From Pseudomonadota bacterium (GTDB lineage: Bacteria; Myxococcota_A; UBA9042; GCA-2863065), in NCBI GenBank assembly GCA_005776725.1, contig SXOO01000062.1, positions 358-64,357 of the forward strand: a stretch of 64,000 nt of DNA, given 5' to 3'. Below, in pieces: positions 45,445 through 55,154 of the stretch (within the stretch, counting starts at the first letter, position 1; the number at the start of each line of letters is the position of its first letter). The translations under genes and the position numbers were made by a program. The notes below the pieces were generated by a model. That model ran no database searches, had not been told where the DNA came from, and saw nothing but the letters and a program-made list of their open reading frames with translations.

Positions 45445-47241
45445 CTACTCGCCCCCCGAGTACATCGCCTCGATCTCCTTCGAGTATTTCTCGGCGACCA
45501 CCTTGCGCTTGACCTTGAGCGTGGGCGTGAACTCCCCGCCCTCGATGCTGAAGTCGGTGGGCAAGACGGTGAACTTTCGGATCCACTCCACCTGCGCGAA
45601 CTCCGAGTTCACGGCGTCCACCACCTTCTGCATCGCTGCTGTGAGCGCGGGTGACGATGGGACCTTCTCGGAGGCTATCCCGTGGGACTTCGCGAACGCG
45701 TCCACGGCCTCCGGCTTCAGGGTGATGAGCGCGGAGAGGAACTTGCGCCGGTCTCCGATCACCACCGCCTGCGAAACGAGCTCGTGGTTGCGCAGTGAGG
45801 CCTCGATGTTCTTCGGCGCGATGTTCTTCCCGCCGGCCGTGATGATGATCTCCTTCTTGCGCCCCGTGATCCAGAGGTAGCCGTCGGCGTCGAACTTCCC
45901 GATGTCACCGGAGTGGAGCCACCCGTTGATCAGGGTCTCGTCTGTGGCGACCTGATCCTTGAAGTAGCCGAGGAAGACGTTTGGCCCGCGGACGAGGATC
46001 TCGCCGTCTTCAGCCAGCTTCACCTCGACGCCCGGCAGTGCGGGTCCCACCGAGCCAATGCGCGTACGCCCGGGGAGATTGAACGAGGTCGGCCCCGTGT
46101 CCTCGGACTGGCCATAGACCTCGCGGATCGGCAGATCGAGCTCGGAGAAGAACTCGAGCACCTCTTTGCCGATCGGGGCTGCACCGCTGACGCAGACGCG
46201 CGCGTTCTTCAGGCCCACGGCCTCCTTGAGCTTGCTGAATATGAGCTTGCTCGCCACGGCGTACCGGACGCCGAGGAGACCGCCCACCTGGCCGCCCGCG
46301 TCCTTCACGGCGTTGACCTCACGCCCGGTAGAGCGCGCGAAGCTCAGCAGCGCCTTCTTTGCGCCGGTGGCCTGGGCCAGCTTCCCAGCGATACCAGCGT
46401 GCATCTTCTCCCAGACCCGCGGCACGCCGAAGAGCACCGTGGGTTGGACCTCCTTCATGTTGTCGAGCAGCTTCTCCATCGACTCCGCGAAGTAGACCTG
46501 GCTGCCCGAGGTAACCGGCACGTGCAGGGTGAACATCTGCTCGGCGATGTGGGAGAGCGGCAGGTAGGAGAGGCTGGCGTCGGCCGAGTTGACCCCCACG
46601 ACGTTGGTGGCGCAGTCCGCGGTCCAGGTGAGGTTCTTGACGGACAACATCACCGCCTTCGGGGGGCCCGTGGTCCCGGAGGTGTAGATGTACGTGGCCG
46701 TGTCGGTCTCGCGGATGGCTTCGATCCGCCGGTCGAGCTCGGACTCTGGCGTAGCGTCGGCGCATGCGTCGAACGCCTCCCAGGACATGGCGGCGTCATC
46801 GCCCTCGGGCGCGCGCGTGCCCTTCATGAACACAATCCAGCGGAGGCGCGGGAGCTTCCCCGCGTCTCGCTCGCTCTGCACCTTCCGGTACTGAGCCAGG
46901 TTCTCGACCAGCACCACGGGCGCTTCCGCGTGGTCCACGATGTAGCTGACCTCGGTGGGCGAGCACGTGGTGTAGATGCCCGCCGGCGCGCCGCGCGCCA
47001 TCATGCAGGCGAGATCCATGATCGCCCACTCGGGTCGGTTGTAGCCGAGGATGGCGACGGAGCCGCCCTCCGCCATCCCGAGCGAGATCAGCGCGCGCGC
47101 CGCACGCCGGACCTCCCTCGCGTAGGTGGCCCAGTCCGTGGGGGTCCACGTGCCCGTGGCCGCTCGGACGTAGTAGGCCGGGCTCGTCGGGCGGGACTTG
47201 GCCTTCTCGAGCAGGCGGCGAGGGATAGAGTCGACGGCCAT
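45445..47241 (-). CDS. fadD: Long-chain-fatty-acid--CoA ligase (AMP-dependent synthetase)
   Basis: I place the start at the ATG at 47241 (MAVDSIPRRLLEKAK). AMP-binding motif YIYTSGTTGPPKAV, then GYGQSE-like EVYGQSEDTG, WLHSGDIG, ITGRKKEIIITAGGKNIAP and C-terminal FTPTLKVKRKVV. The track N-terminal extension overlaps the upstream gene. Confidence 0.85.
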   Translation of the reverse strand: MAVDSIPRRLLEKAKSRPTSPAYYVRAATGTWTPTDWATYAREVRRAARALISLGMAEGGSVAILGYNRPEWAIMDLACMMARGAPAGIYTTCSPTEVSYIVDHAEAPVVLVENLAQYRKVQSERDAGKLPRLRWIVFMKGTRAPEGDDAAMSWEAFDACADATPESELDRRIEAIRETDTATYIYTSGTTGPPKAVMLSVKNLTWTADCATNVVGVNSADASLSYLPLSHIAEQMFTLHVPVTSGSQVYFAESMEKLLDNMKEVQPTVLFGVPRVWEKMHAGIAGKLAQATGAKKALLSFARSTGREVNAVKDAGGQVGGLLGVRYAVASKLIFSKLKEAVGLKNARVCVSGAAPIGKEVLEFFSELDLPIREVYGQSEDTGPTSFNLPGRTRIGSVGPALPGVEVKLAEDGEILVRGPNVFLGYFKDQVATDETLINGWLHSGDIGKFDADGYLWITGRKKEIIITAGGKNIAPKNIEASLRNHELVSQAVVIGDRRKFLSALITLKPEAVDAFAKSHGIASEKVPSSPALTAAMQKVVDAVNSEFAQVEWIRKFTVLPTDFSIEGGEFTPTLKVKRKVVAEKYSKEIEAMYSGGE

Positions 47242-47261
47242 TTTGTCTCCGCTTTGGGGGG

Positions 47262-48173
47262 CTATTTCTTCTTGAACAGCCGGTCGAGACCGAAGGGCCA
47301 CTTCGAGGCCGGCTTCTCGGGCTCCGCTGCCTTGCCGCCAGGCGAGGAGCTGGTCCGGGATGTGGCCACCGACGGCTTGGTGGTTGACTTCGAGGCAGGC
47401 ACGGAGCCCTGGGGCGCGAGGCCCCGCATCTCGAGCAGGCGGAGCTCCCGCCGGGCCTCGATGAAGTTCGGGCGCTTCTCCAGGGCCTTCTGGAGGTGGC
47501 CACGGCACTTGTCGTTGTCGTTCGACTGCTTCCAGAGGAGCGCCATGTAGTAGTGCGCCTCAGGGTTGTCCGGGTCGCTGGTGACGGCCTTCTCGAGGTG
47601 CTCGCGCGCCATGGAGAGGCGCTTTCCGTCGGGCCGGGTGGTGTTCTGGAACACGGCCCAGCCCATCTGCAGGAGGTACCGCGCGTTGTCCGGGTCGGCA
47701 TCGAGGGCCTTCTGAAGCATGCCCTCCGCCTCGCCGTACGCGCCCTTCTTAACGAGCGACACGCCCTTGTGAAAGAAGACCTTCGCCGCCTCTTTGGACG
47801 AGATGCCGAGCTCGTCGGCGTTGCGACGCAGGAGCTCCTGGGTGGACTGGGTGGAGACCCGCGCCTGGATCTCCTCGGTGGAGGCGCCGGCCATGGGGTG
47901 TTTGCGCTGGTAGTCGTCACGACGCTTCGGATCCATCAGCACCGACTGCGCCTCGGTCACCGCCCCGAAGACCCGCTTCGCCTCAGCGTCCAGGTCCTTC
48001 AGCCCTCGTTTCGAAATGCGGTCGGGGTGAAGGATCTTCGCGAGCTCGAAGTACGCTTTGGCGATCTCTGCCTTCGACGACTGGCCCGTCACCCCGAGCA
48101 GCGCGAAGAAGTCCTCCCGGTCGACCGCCTTGGCCTTGTCGGCCACCAGCGCCCGGATGTCGTCGTCGGTCAC
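47262..48173 (-). CDS. J-domain (DnaJ-like) protein with TPR repeats
   Basis: The GTG at 48173 is preceded by AGGAGA, 5 nt upstream. J domain: DFFALLGVTGQSSKAEIAKAYFELAKILHPDR (HPD motif). TPR-like: AEGMLQKALDADPDNARYLLQMGW, LEKAVTSDPDNPEAHYYMALL. The remaining 612 N-terminal codons of track ORF 47262..50012 are antisense to gene 48288..50156. Confidence 0.8.
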   Translation of the reverse strand: MTDDDIRALVADKAKAVDREDFFALLGVTGQSSKAEIAKAYFELAKILHPDRISKRGLKDLDAEAKRVFGAVTEAQSVLMDPKRRDDYQRKHPMAGASTEEIQARVSTQSTQELLRRNADELGISSKEAAKVFFHKGVSLVKKGAYGEAEGMLQKALDADPDNARYLLQMGWAVFQNTTRPDGKRLSMAREHLEKAVTSDPDNPEAHYYMALLWKQSNDNDKCRGHLQKALEKRPNFIEARRELRLLEMRGLAPQGSVPASKSTTKPSVATSRTSSSPGGKAAEPEKPASKWPFGLDRLFKKK

Positions 48174-48287
48174 TACATTCTCCTGGTTCGCGGGCGCCGT
48201 GTTATCGGCGCGCCGGAGGATAACAGCGCGACCGGATACGAGGAAGGGGGGTGCGACGCCGCAGTCGAGCCATGGTAGGCTCAGACC

Positions 48288-50156
48288 GTGTTCCGCCCTG
48301 GCATGAAACGCGTTCTCACCGCCCTCAGCTGCCTCGCCGCCTGCGCCACAGAGACCGTGGCGGGCAGTCCCGCCGAAGCCGGCGCCCTCGGCGCGGCCGG
48401 ATGGCCCGAGGCCGTCCTCCTCAGAGGGACGCAGCTCACGTTCGAAGGAGAGAACTTCCTGGTCCCGGAGCTGGGCGATCAGCGCTTGATCGTGGACGGG
48501 GGCGGCAAGCGCCTCACCCTCCCGTTGACGTTCGAGTCGACGACGCAGCTGCGGCTCACGGTCGGTGACGACTTCCTCTCCGTCTTTCCCACAGGCTCGC
48601 GGGTCTCTGGCGCCGCCAGCATCGTCCGTACCCTCTACGAGACGGGCGCCTCTGACGAAGCCGCCTTCCAGGTGTCTTTCGAGGTGGTCGACAACGTCAA
48701 CCCGGCCGTCGACTCCATCGCCGGGGTAGACGCGGACGGCAGCGTGTACCCCGGCGACCTCCTGGTGCTGGAGGGCAAGGGGTTCCTGAAGCGGGGCGAG
48801 GGCCAGACGATCGTGGGCCTCCAGGGAGCCTTCGAGAGCCAGACGCCGCCAGAGACCCTGGCTGTCGACGTGGTGGTGCCGGCAACGGGCACCACGCGCG
48901 AGCGCCTCGAGCTGATCCTCACGCCGGACATCTTCGGCGTTCGCCCTGGCACGTTCCGGGGCGACATCACGCTCGTCAACGAGGCCTTCGGCGGCACCGC
49001 CGAGGGGCCGCGGGTCCCGGCCCTCGAGTGGCGCCTCCGGCCACCCCGCATCGACGCCCTCGCGCCCACGCTCGCCGGCCGCGGCCAACCGATCACCGCG
49101 CAAGGGCGCGGCCTCCTCCGCACCGACCCGCTGTACGAGGCCACCACCCTCTTCCGCCTGGAGGGGTCGTTCCTCGCGCGCCTCACCGGCGTGGAGACGC
49201 CGCTGATCGGCCCCACTGCGCTGGCGCTCTTTCCCGACGAGTTCATCGGCAACACGGCCATGCGCTACATCCTGCGCGTGACCCAGACGCCAAGCGGCGA
49301 GCTCGAGGGTCTGGGCCTCGTGGCCGGCGCTTTTACCGGTCGCGTCACGCCCATGATCATCAGCGGCGGCGACACGATCCTCGGGCAGGGCGTGGACGTG
49401 GTCCTCGAGGTGGCGCTGCAGAAGCAGGTGGTCTTCGTGAAGTTCCTCCCGGGGTTCTCCGCCACGGTGAGCGAGATGGGGCTCGGCCCGCGCGAGGCCG
49501 ACATCCGCGCGCGAATCCTCGAGGTCTGCGCGCGGGACTACGTGAACGTCAACATCGAGTTCCGCGACACGCGCCCCACCGACTACTCCGAGTACGGCGT
49601 CATCGAGGTCGGCGGCGAAGACCCGAACGGCCAGGGCCTCTTCGGCCTCGACAACACCGCGGGCAAGGACGTGGGCAACATCCGCTTCAACGACGTGATC
49701 GGCGGGGCCAACGCCGAGACCGCGGAGCAGGGTTACTACGCGTTCGGCGGGGTCTTCGTGCGCAGCTTCTTCCAGATGAGCCCCACGCTCGGCGCCGACG
49801 CGAACCTCCCGATCGCCTCGCTCCGGTTCGACCAGATCTTCGCGCCGTTCATGGTCGGTCTCGGTGGCGCCCCGCTCGAGCAGAACCCCGCCCCGGCGCG
49901 GCGCGCGCTGGCCGACGAGGCGGTGCGCGTGCTCGGCAACATCGTCGGGAACACCGTGGTCCACGAGGTGGGCCACTCGCTCGGCCTCACGGCAATCGAG
50001 GGCGAGTACCACAACATCGGCGACAACGACGGCTGGATCATGGACAGCGGCAACTACCGCCCCTTCAGCGAGCGCGCCGAGATCGACGGTAACGGCTCCC
50101 CGGTCTGGGCGCCCTTCGATCGCGACTACCTCGAGCGCATCCTCCCCACCGACTGA
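48288..50156 (+). CDS. Lipoprotein with C-terminal HExxH zinc-metalloprotease-like motif
   Basis: Lipobox LSCLAAC, with an alternative ATG start at 48303 (MKRVLTAL). The N-terminal two-thirds is beta-rich (IPT/TIG-like, inference). C-terminal VVHEVGHSLGL (HExxH). The third ligand is not at the canonical HExxHxxGxxH spacing. Confidence 0.65.
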   Translation: MFRPGMKRVLTALSCLAACATETVAGSPAEAGALGAAGWPEAVLLRGTQLTFEGENFLVPELGDQRLIVDGGGKRLTLPLTFESTTQLRLTVGDDFLSVFPTGSRVSGAASIVRTLYETGASDEAAFQVSFEVVDNVNPAVDSIAGVDADGSVYPGDLLVLEGKGFLKRGEGQTIVGLQGAFESQTPPETLAVDVVVPATGTTRERLELILTPDIFGVRPGTFRGDITLVNEAFGGTAEGPRVPALEWRLRPPRIDALAPTLAGRGQPITAQGRGLLRTDPLYEATTLFRLEGSFLARLTGVETPLIGPTALALFPDEFIGNTAMRYILRVTQTPSGELEGLGLVAGAFTGRVTPMIISGGDTILGQGVDVVLEVALQKQVVFVKFLPGFSATVSEMGLGPREADIRARILEVCARDYVNVNIEFRDTRPTDYSEYGVIEVGGEDPNGQGLFGLDNTAGKDVGNIRFNDVIGGANAETAEQGYYAFGGVFVRSFFQMSPTLGADANLPIASLRFDQIFAPFMVGLGGAPLEQNPAPARRALADEAVRVLGNIVGNTVVHEVGHSLGLTAIEGEYHNIGDNDGWIMDSGNYRPFSERAEIDGNGSPVWAPFDRDYLERILPTD

Positions 50157-50662
50157 TGCGAGCCACCGTCGCCAGTCTCTTCTGCGCCCTCACCCTCGCG
50201 TGCGGGAGCAACGAGCCGCTCGGCCTCAGCCCGGCGCTGCCGCCCACCCCCGCGCTCACGGCCCGGGTGAGCTTCCCGGAGGTGCCTGGCGCGCCGTTTG
50301 TCGAGGGCCTGGTGCGCGCCACGCTCGACGAGACGGCCCTTGGGCTCATGTACCGCAAGGAGCTGCTGGGGGAGCACGAGGGGATGTTGTTCGTCTTCGG
50401 CCACGACGCCGACCACTCCTTCTGGATGAAGAACACGTTCGTCCCGCTCGACATGGTCTTCGTCACGGCTTCGGGCGAGGTTGCGGGGGTGGTTGCTGAC
50501 GTGCCGCCCGAGACCACGGCCTCCCGGCGCGTGGGCAAGCCGTCGCGTTATGTGCTCGAGGTCGGCGGCGGCTGGGCGAAGGCGCACGGCGTTGGAGCGG
50601 GTGCCGTCGCCCGGATCGAGCTACGGCAGGCTCAGCCCGCTGTGGCCCGCCTCGCGCAGTAG
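50156..50662 (+). CDS. DUF192-domain lipoprotein
   Basis: The ATG at 50156 shares one nt with the upstream stop (TGATG). Lipobox ALTLAC. DUF192 pattern: GLMYRKELLGEHEGMLFVF...SFWMKNTFVPLDMVFV..SGEV. Confidence 0.75.
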   Translation: MRATVASLFCALTLACGSNEPLGLSPALPPTPALTARVSFPEVPGAPFVEGLVRATLDETALGLMYRKELLGEHEGMLFVFGHDADHSFWMKNTFVPLDMVFVTASGEVAGVVADVPPETTASRRVGKPSRYVLEVGGGWAKAHGVGAGAVARIELRQAQPAVARLAQ

Positions 50663-50676
50663 GATCTTCGCCCCCC

Positions 50677-51927
50677 GTGGCGCGCGTGTTGCTCATCCAC
50701 GTTCCGGTCGGCTTCGAGGAGGCCTACCCGCTGGCGTTGGCGTCCCTCGCGGCCCCGCTGCTGGCGCGGGGACACGCCGTGGAGGGGCTCGACGTGGCCC
50801 GCGTGGGCCTCCCGGGCCTCCGCCGGAGGCTCGCGCGCGGCGACGTGGACGTGGCCGCGCTCAGCGTCTGGTCGCCGGGCCTCGCCGCAGCCCGCAGCGT
50901 GGTGGCGGTTCTTCGCGAGCAGCGGCTGCGGGTCGTCGTGGGCGGTCCGCACGCGAGCCTGGCGCCCGATGACCTGGACGCGGACGTGGTGGTTCGCGGA
51001 GAAGGCGAAGCGGCCATCGTGGACGCGGTGGAGGGCGCCCGCAGCGGGGTGCTCGGGCCCGGAGCGCCCCTGGATCTGGCCGCGCTCCCCTTACCGGATC
51101 GTACGGTGTTCCGGGTGGCCGACTACCACCGCGATCACAACCCGCGCGGCGCCACTTACACCCCCTCCGTCACCAGCCGTGGCTGCCTCCACTCATGTAC
51201 GTTCTGCTCCGCGCCCGCGCTCTGGGGCCGCGGGCACCGTGTCCGCCCAGCGGAGCAGGTAGTCGAGGAGTGGGCACGCCTGGCAAGCGATCACAACGTC
51301 GCCGCCGTCCTCGTGGAGGACGACCTGTTCACGCAGGACGCCAGCCGCACAACGCAGCTCTGCGAGGCTCTCGGCGCGCGGCGCGACCTGCCGCGCTTCG
51401 AGGTGATCAACGGCATTCGGCCCGAGACGATCACGGCGGGCCTCGCGCACCTCCTCGCGCGCGCCGGCTGCACGCGGGTGGCGCTGTCGCTCGAGACCCA
51501 CAGCCCGGCGCAGCTCCGTGCCCTGGGCCGGGGCGACGACCTTCCACGCGTGGCGCGGGCCGTCGCCGCGCTCTCGAGCGCACGGATTGGCGTCACCGGC
51601 TACTTCATGCTGGGGCTGCCCGGCGAGACCGCCGCCGACCGCCTCGCGCTCTTCAACTACGCTCGCGAGCTGCCGCTCGACATGGCGCACTTCTCCCGCG
51701 CCAGCGCGTGGCCGGGCACTTCATGGGCGGCGCCCCTCTCCGAGGTATCGGCAGCCGAGCGGGCTGCGTTATACGCCGCCTGGTATCTCCACCCGGGGCG
51801 CGCTCGCCGCGCCGCACACCTGCTCGGCGCGGGACCCAGGGATCTTCCTCGAATGGCGCGCCGCCTCGTCGATTGGATGGTCCGGCCGCTCGAGGCACGC
51901 CACGCCGACCTCGGCGGCCCGAAATGA
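50677..51927 (+). CDS. B12-binding-domain radical SAM protein
   Basis: N-terminal cobalamin-binding-like domain: VLLIHVP...DVAALSVWSPG...RVVVGGPHAS. Radical SAM cluster motif: SRGCLHSCTFC (CxxxCxxC). Starts 14 bp after the DUF192 gene. Confidence 0.8.
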   Translation: MARVLLIHVPVGFEEAYPLALASLAAPLLARGHAVEGLDVARVGLPGLRRRLARGDVDVAALSVWSPGLAAARSVVAVLREQRLRVVVGGPHASLAPDDLDADVVVRGEGEAAIVDAVEGARSGVLGPGAPLDLAALPLPDRTVFRVADYHRDHNPRGATYTPSVTSRGCLHSCTFCSAPALWGRGHRVRPAEQVVEEWARLASDHNVAAVLVEDDLFTQDASRTTQLCEALGARRDLPRFEVINGIRPETITAGLAHLLARAGCTRVALSLETHSPAQLRALGRGDDLPRVARAVAALSSARIGVTGYFMLGLPGETAADRLALFNYARELPLDMAHFSRASAWPGTSWAAPLSEVSAAERAALYAAWYLHPGRARRAAHLLGAGPRDLPRMARRLVDWMVRPLEARHADLGGPK

Positions 51928-52880
51928 GGCGCCGCTGGCTCGTCCTGGCCCTGATGCTGGCCACCGCCGCGGCGCTGGTGTGGGCGATCTTCCGCGGCGT
52001 GGACGTAGACGGCGTCTTGGCCGCCCTCAAGGGCGCGTCGGTGCCCGCGCTCGCGCTCCTGGTGGTGTTCTCCACAGCCATCTGGTTGGTCATGCCCACG
52101 CTGCGGTGGTCCGCGGTGCTCCAGGTGCTCGGGGTCTCGGTCTCCTTCCGCCAGCTCCTCCGGGTGCGCGTCGGCGCTCAGCCGCTCAAGCTCGTCGTCC
52201 CTCTCCGCGGGGGCGAGGCGGTCCGCGCGCTCTGGCTCCGCAAGCGCGCGGGCACGCCGCTCGCGGTGGGCCTCGCTTCCATCGTCTTCGACATGGGGCT
52301 CGTCGCCCTGGGCCAGCTCGGGCTCGCGACGGTCGCCCTCGCGGCAGTCACGGTGGGCGGCGGGCCGCCGGCCGCGCTTGTCGTGGCCAGCGGAATGCTG
52401 GTCCTCGCGGCCGTGGGCCTCGGGTCGTCGAGTGCGCAAGCGCTGGGGCTCCGTCTCGTGGGCGCCGCCTCAGGGCGGCTCGCAGACCGCCTGCGCCCGG
52501 TGGTCACCGCCGTCGCAGCTTGCACCGCGCTGTCGAAAGCTCGGCTGGTGGCGCTGACCCTGGCCACCGAGCTCCCCGAGATCGTCTCGCTCTGGGCCGC
52601 GTTCCAGGTGGTGGGCGCCGACATCTCGCTGGTCGCCGTAGCGAAGGGGCTGCCCTTCGTCATCGCCGCGGGGCTCCTGCCGATCTCCGTCGGCGGCTTC
52701 GGCACGCGCGAGTACGCGATCACAGCAGTCTTCGCAGGTTTGGCGTCGCCCGAGGCCCTCGTGGCCGGGGCGCTGGTCTTCTCCGCGGTCGAGTTCGCGC
52801 TCCCCGCGGTCCTGGGCCTCGTGGCTACCGCGAGCGTTCTGGCCGACCTCGCCGCCGAAGACGAACAGCGCGCGGGCTGA
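51924..52880 (+). CDS. Flippase-like / lysylphosphatidylglycerol-synthase-TM-region (UPF0104) family membrane protein
   Basis: The ATG at 51924 overlaps the radical SAM stop (ATGA). The 318-aa polytopic protein carries R(W)..VL, PLRGGEAVRALWL, and LPISVGGFGTRE near the C-terminus, typical of the LPG_synthase_TM family. Confidence 0.65.
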   Translation: MRRRWLVLALMLATAAALVWAIFRGVDVDGVLAALKGASVPALALLVVFSTAIWLVMPTLRWSAVLQVLGVSVSFRQLLRVRVGAQPLKLVVPLRGGEAVRALWLRKRAGTPLAVGLASIVFDMGLVALGQLGLATVALAAVTVGGGPPAALVVASGMLVLAAVGLGSSSAQALGLRLVGAASGRLADRLRPVVTAVAACTALSKARLVALTLATELPEIVSLWAAFQVVGADISLVAVAKGLPFVIAAGLLPISVGGFGTREYAITAVFAGLASPEALVAGALVFSAVEFALPAVLGLVATASVLADLAAEDEQRAG

Positions 52881-52901
52881 CGACCCGAACGTCCGCCTGG
52901 G

Positions 52902-55154
52902 TCAGCGCGACGGGGGCCGGGGACGGGCCGCGAGGTACTGCTTCGGCCAGGGCACCGACACGCCCTGCTCCGCCGCGGCGTGAAGGGTGAAGGCGGGGTC
53001 GAAGAGGTGCGGTCGGGCCAGGGCGCACAGATCGGCCCGGCCGCTCCCGATGATCGTGTTGACGTGGTCCCAGCTCTGGATCGCGCCCACGGCCATCGTG
53101 GCCACGCCCACGCTCTGCCGGATGAGGTTCGCGTAGGGCGTCTGGAACATCCGGCCGTACTCGGGTCGCGCGTCCGGTGTGGTCTGACCGGTTGAGACGT
53201 CCACGAGGTCCACCCCGTGCTCCGCGAGAAGGCGCGCGACTGCGACGGCCTCGTCCGCCTCCACTCCCCCCGGCGCCCAGTCAGTGGCCGAGACGCGCAC
53301 ACTCAGCGCCTTGGGCCACACCGCCCGCACGCGACGGAGGACCTCCAGCGGGAACCGCATCCGGTTCTCCAGCGCGCCCCCGTAGGCGTCGTCTCGCTGA
53401 TTGGACAACGGCGTGATGAAGCTCGAGAGCAGATAACCGTGGGCCATGTGGAGCTCGAGGAGGTCGAAACCCGCGTCGAGCGCCAGGCGCGCGGCGCCCT
53501 CGTGCTCCTCAGCCACCCGCAGCATCGCGGCGCGGTCCATCGCCGTGGGCGTGACCGAGCCCGGGCGATACGGCAGCGGCGACGGCGCAAGGATCTCCCA
53601 GGCCTCGCGCGCTGCGAGAGGCGCGTCCGGTGGGCCCTCCCAAGGCAGCCGCGTGGCGCCCTTTCGACCGGCGTGGCCGAGCTGCATCCCGATCGCGGCC
53701 CCCGTGTGGCGGTGGACGAAGTCGACCACGCGGCGCCACGCCACCGCGTGGTCGCGCGTCCAGAGGCCTGCGCACCCGGGGGTGATCCGCGCGTCGGGGC
53801 TGACGGCGGTCATCTCGGCGATCACCAGCCCTGCCCCGCCGACCGCGCGCGCTCCGAGGTGTACGAGGTGCCAGTCGTCGATGCAGCCGTCGGACGCCGC
53901 CGAGTACTGGCACATCGGTGAGACGACCACGCGGTTCGACAGCTCGAGCCCGTTGATACGGAACGGCGTGAACATGGGCGGCACCGGCGCCTTGGCGCCC
54001 GCCTCCTGCGCCACCCAGCTCTCGAGGGCCCCCACGAGCGCCGGGTCCCGTAGCCGCAGGTTCTCCCACGTGACCCGCCGCGACCGCGTCATCATGCTGC
54101 CCACGAGCTGCAGCGGCGTGAGCCGAGCTTGCATCACAGCGGCCCGCTCGAACCACGCCTGGCTCACGCGAGCCGTGCGTTGAAGCCTCGCCACGTCGTC
54201 CCGTCGCGCGGCCTCGTACGCCGCGATGGCCCCGGGGACATCCGCCGCCGCCGACAGCGCCTCGACCAGCGCGATCCCGTCCTCCCTCGCCAGCTTGGTG
54301 CCGCTGCCGATGGAGAAGTGCGCGGTGTGTGCGGCGTCCCCGATGAGCACCACCGGCGCCTCGCCCTTCGTGGTGGCGCGCCAGCTCGCGTTCTCGACGT
54401 GCCTGAAACGAATCCACGGCGCCCGGTTTGCGTAGAGGCGTGCCCCGCCGAGCTCGCTGGCGAAGACCCGCTCGAGCTCGGCGATAGACTCCGCCTCGCT
54501 GCGCTCCGCGAAGCGGCCACGAGTGAAGGTCTCCTCGTCGGTCTCCACGATGAACGTGCTGCGTTCGGCGGAGAACGGGTACGCGTGCACCCGGAACGAC
54601 CCGTACTCGCAGCGCTTGAAGAGGAACGTGAACGCCTCGAAGACGCGGTCAGTGCCCAGCCAGACGAAGGGCGCGCTCCCCCAGGTGACCGACGGGCGGA
54701 ACGCGTCCTCGTACGTCGCGCGAGTTCGGGAGTTGATCCCGTCAGCGGCGATGATGAGGTCGGCGTCCAGCGCCTCGACGTCCACCTCGACGCCGTGCCG
54801 CACCTCCACCCCCAGCGCCACCGCGCGGTCCTCCAGCGCGTCGATGAGCTCGAGCCGCGCGATGCCGCAGAAGCCGTGGCCGGAGCTACGAACCCGCGCG
54901 GGCCCCGTGTCGGTGTCGACCCAGGTGTCGATGTCCGTCCAGCGCACGAAGCGGCTCGTGATCTCCGCGAAGCTGGGCGGATCGGCGGCCTCGAAGTGCC
55001 CGAGCGTCTCGTCGGAGAAGACCACGCCCCAGCCGAAGGTGTCGCTCCGGGCGTTGCGCTCGCTCACGACTACGTTCACCTGCGGGAGACGGGTCTTGAG
55101 CAGGATGGCGGCGTAGAGCCCACCAGGCCCTCCGCCGATCACGTGGACGTTCAT
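52902..55154 (-). CDS. Fused FAD aromatic-ring (aryl-CoA) monooxygenase / Old-Yellow-Enzyme-type flavin oxidoreductase (salicylyl-CoA 5-hydroxylase / 2-aminobenzoyl-CoA monooxygenase-reductase family)
   Basis: The ATG at 55154 (MNVHVIGGGPGGLYAA, GxGxxG) overlaps the upstream ligase stop (ATGA). N-terminal half: LIGDAAHTAHFSIGSGT (FAD-monooxygenase motif). C-terminal half: LSNRVVVSPMCQYSA and GMQLGHAGRKG (OYE motifs). The track N-terminal extension to 55445 is R/G-rich. Confidence 0.75.
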   Translation of the reverse strand: MNVHVIGGGPGGLYAAILLKTRLPQVNVVVSERNARSDTFGWGVVFSDETLGHFEAADPPSFAEITSRFVRWTDIDTWVDTDTGPARVRSSGHGFCGIARLELIDALEDRAVALGVEVRHGVEVDVEALDADLIIAADGINSRTRATYEDAFRPSVTWGSAPFVWLGTDRVFEAFTFLFKRCEYGSFRVHAYPFSAERSTFIVETDEETFTRGRFAERSEAESIAELERVFASELGGARLYANRAPWIRFRHVENASWRATTKGEAPVVLIGDAAHTAHFSIGSGTKLAREDGIALVEALSAAADVPGAIAAYEAARRDDVARLQRTARVSQAWFERAAVMQARLTPLQLVGSMMTRSRRVTWENLRLRDPALVGALESWVAQEAGAKAPVPPMFTPFRINGLELSNRVVVSPMCQYSAASDGCIDDWHLVHLGARAVGGAGLVIAEMTAVSPDARITPGCAGLWTRDHAVAWRRVVDFVHRHTGAAIGMQLGHAGRKGATRLPWEGPPDAPLAAREAWEILAPSPLPYRPGSVTPTAMDRAAMLRVAEEHEGAARLALDAGFDLLELHMAHGYLLSSFITPLSNQRDDAYGGALENRMRFPLEVLRRVRAVWPKALSVRVSATDWAPGGVEADEAVAVARLLAEHGVDLVDVSTGQTTPDARPEYGRMFQTPYANLIRQSVGVATMAVGAIQSWDHVNTIIGSGRADLCALARPHLFDPAFTLHAAAEQGVSVPWPKQYLAARPRPPSR

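Noticed and set aside
47262-50012. 916-aa minus-strand ORF
   Set aside because: Only the C-terminal 304 codons (J-domain/TPR) look real. The upstream 612 codons are antisense to the HExxH lipoprotein gene (48288..50156) and are R/G/E/A-rich.
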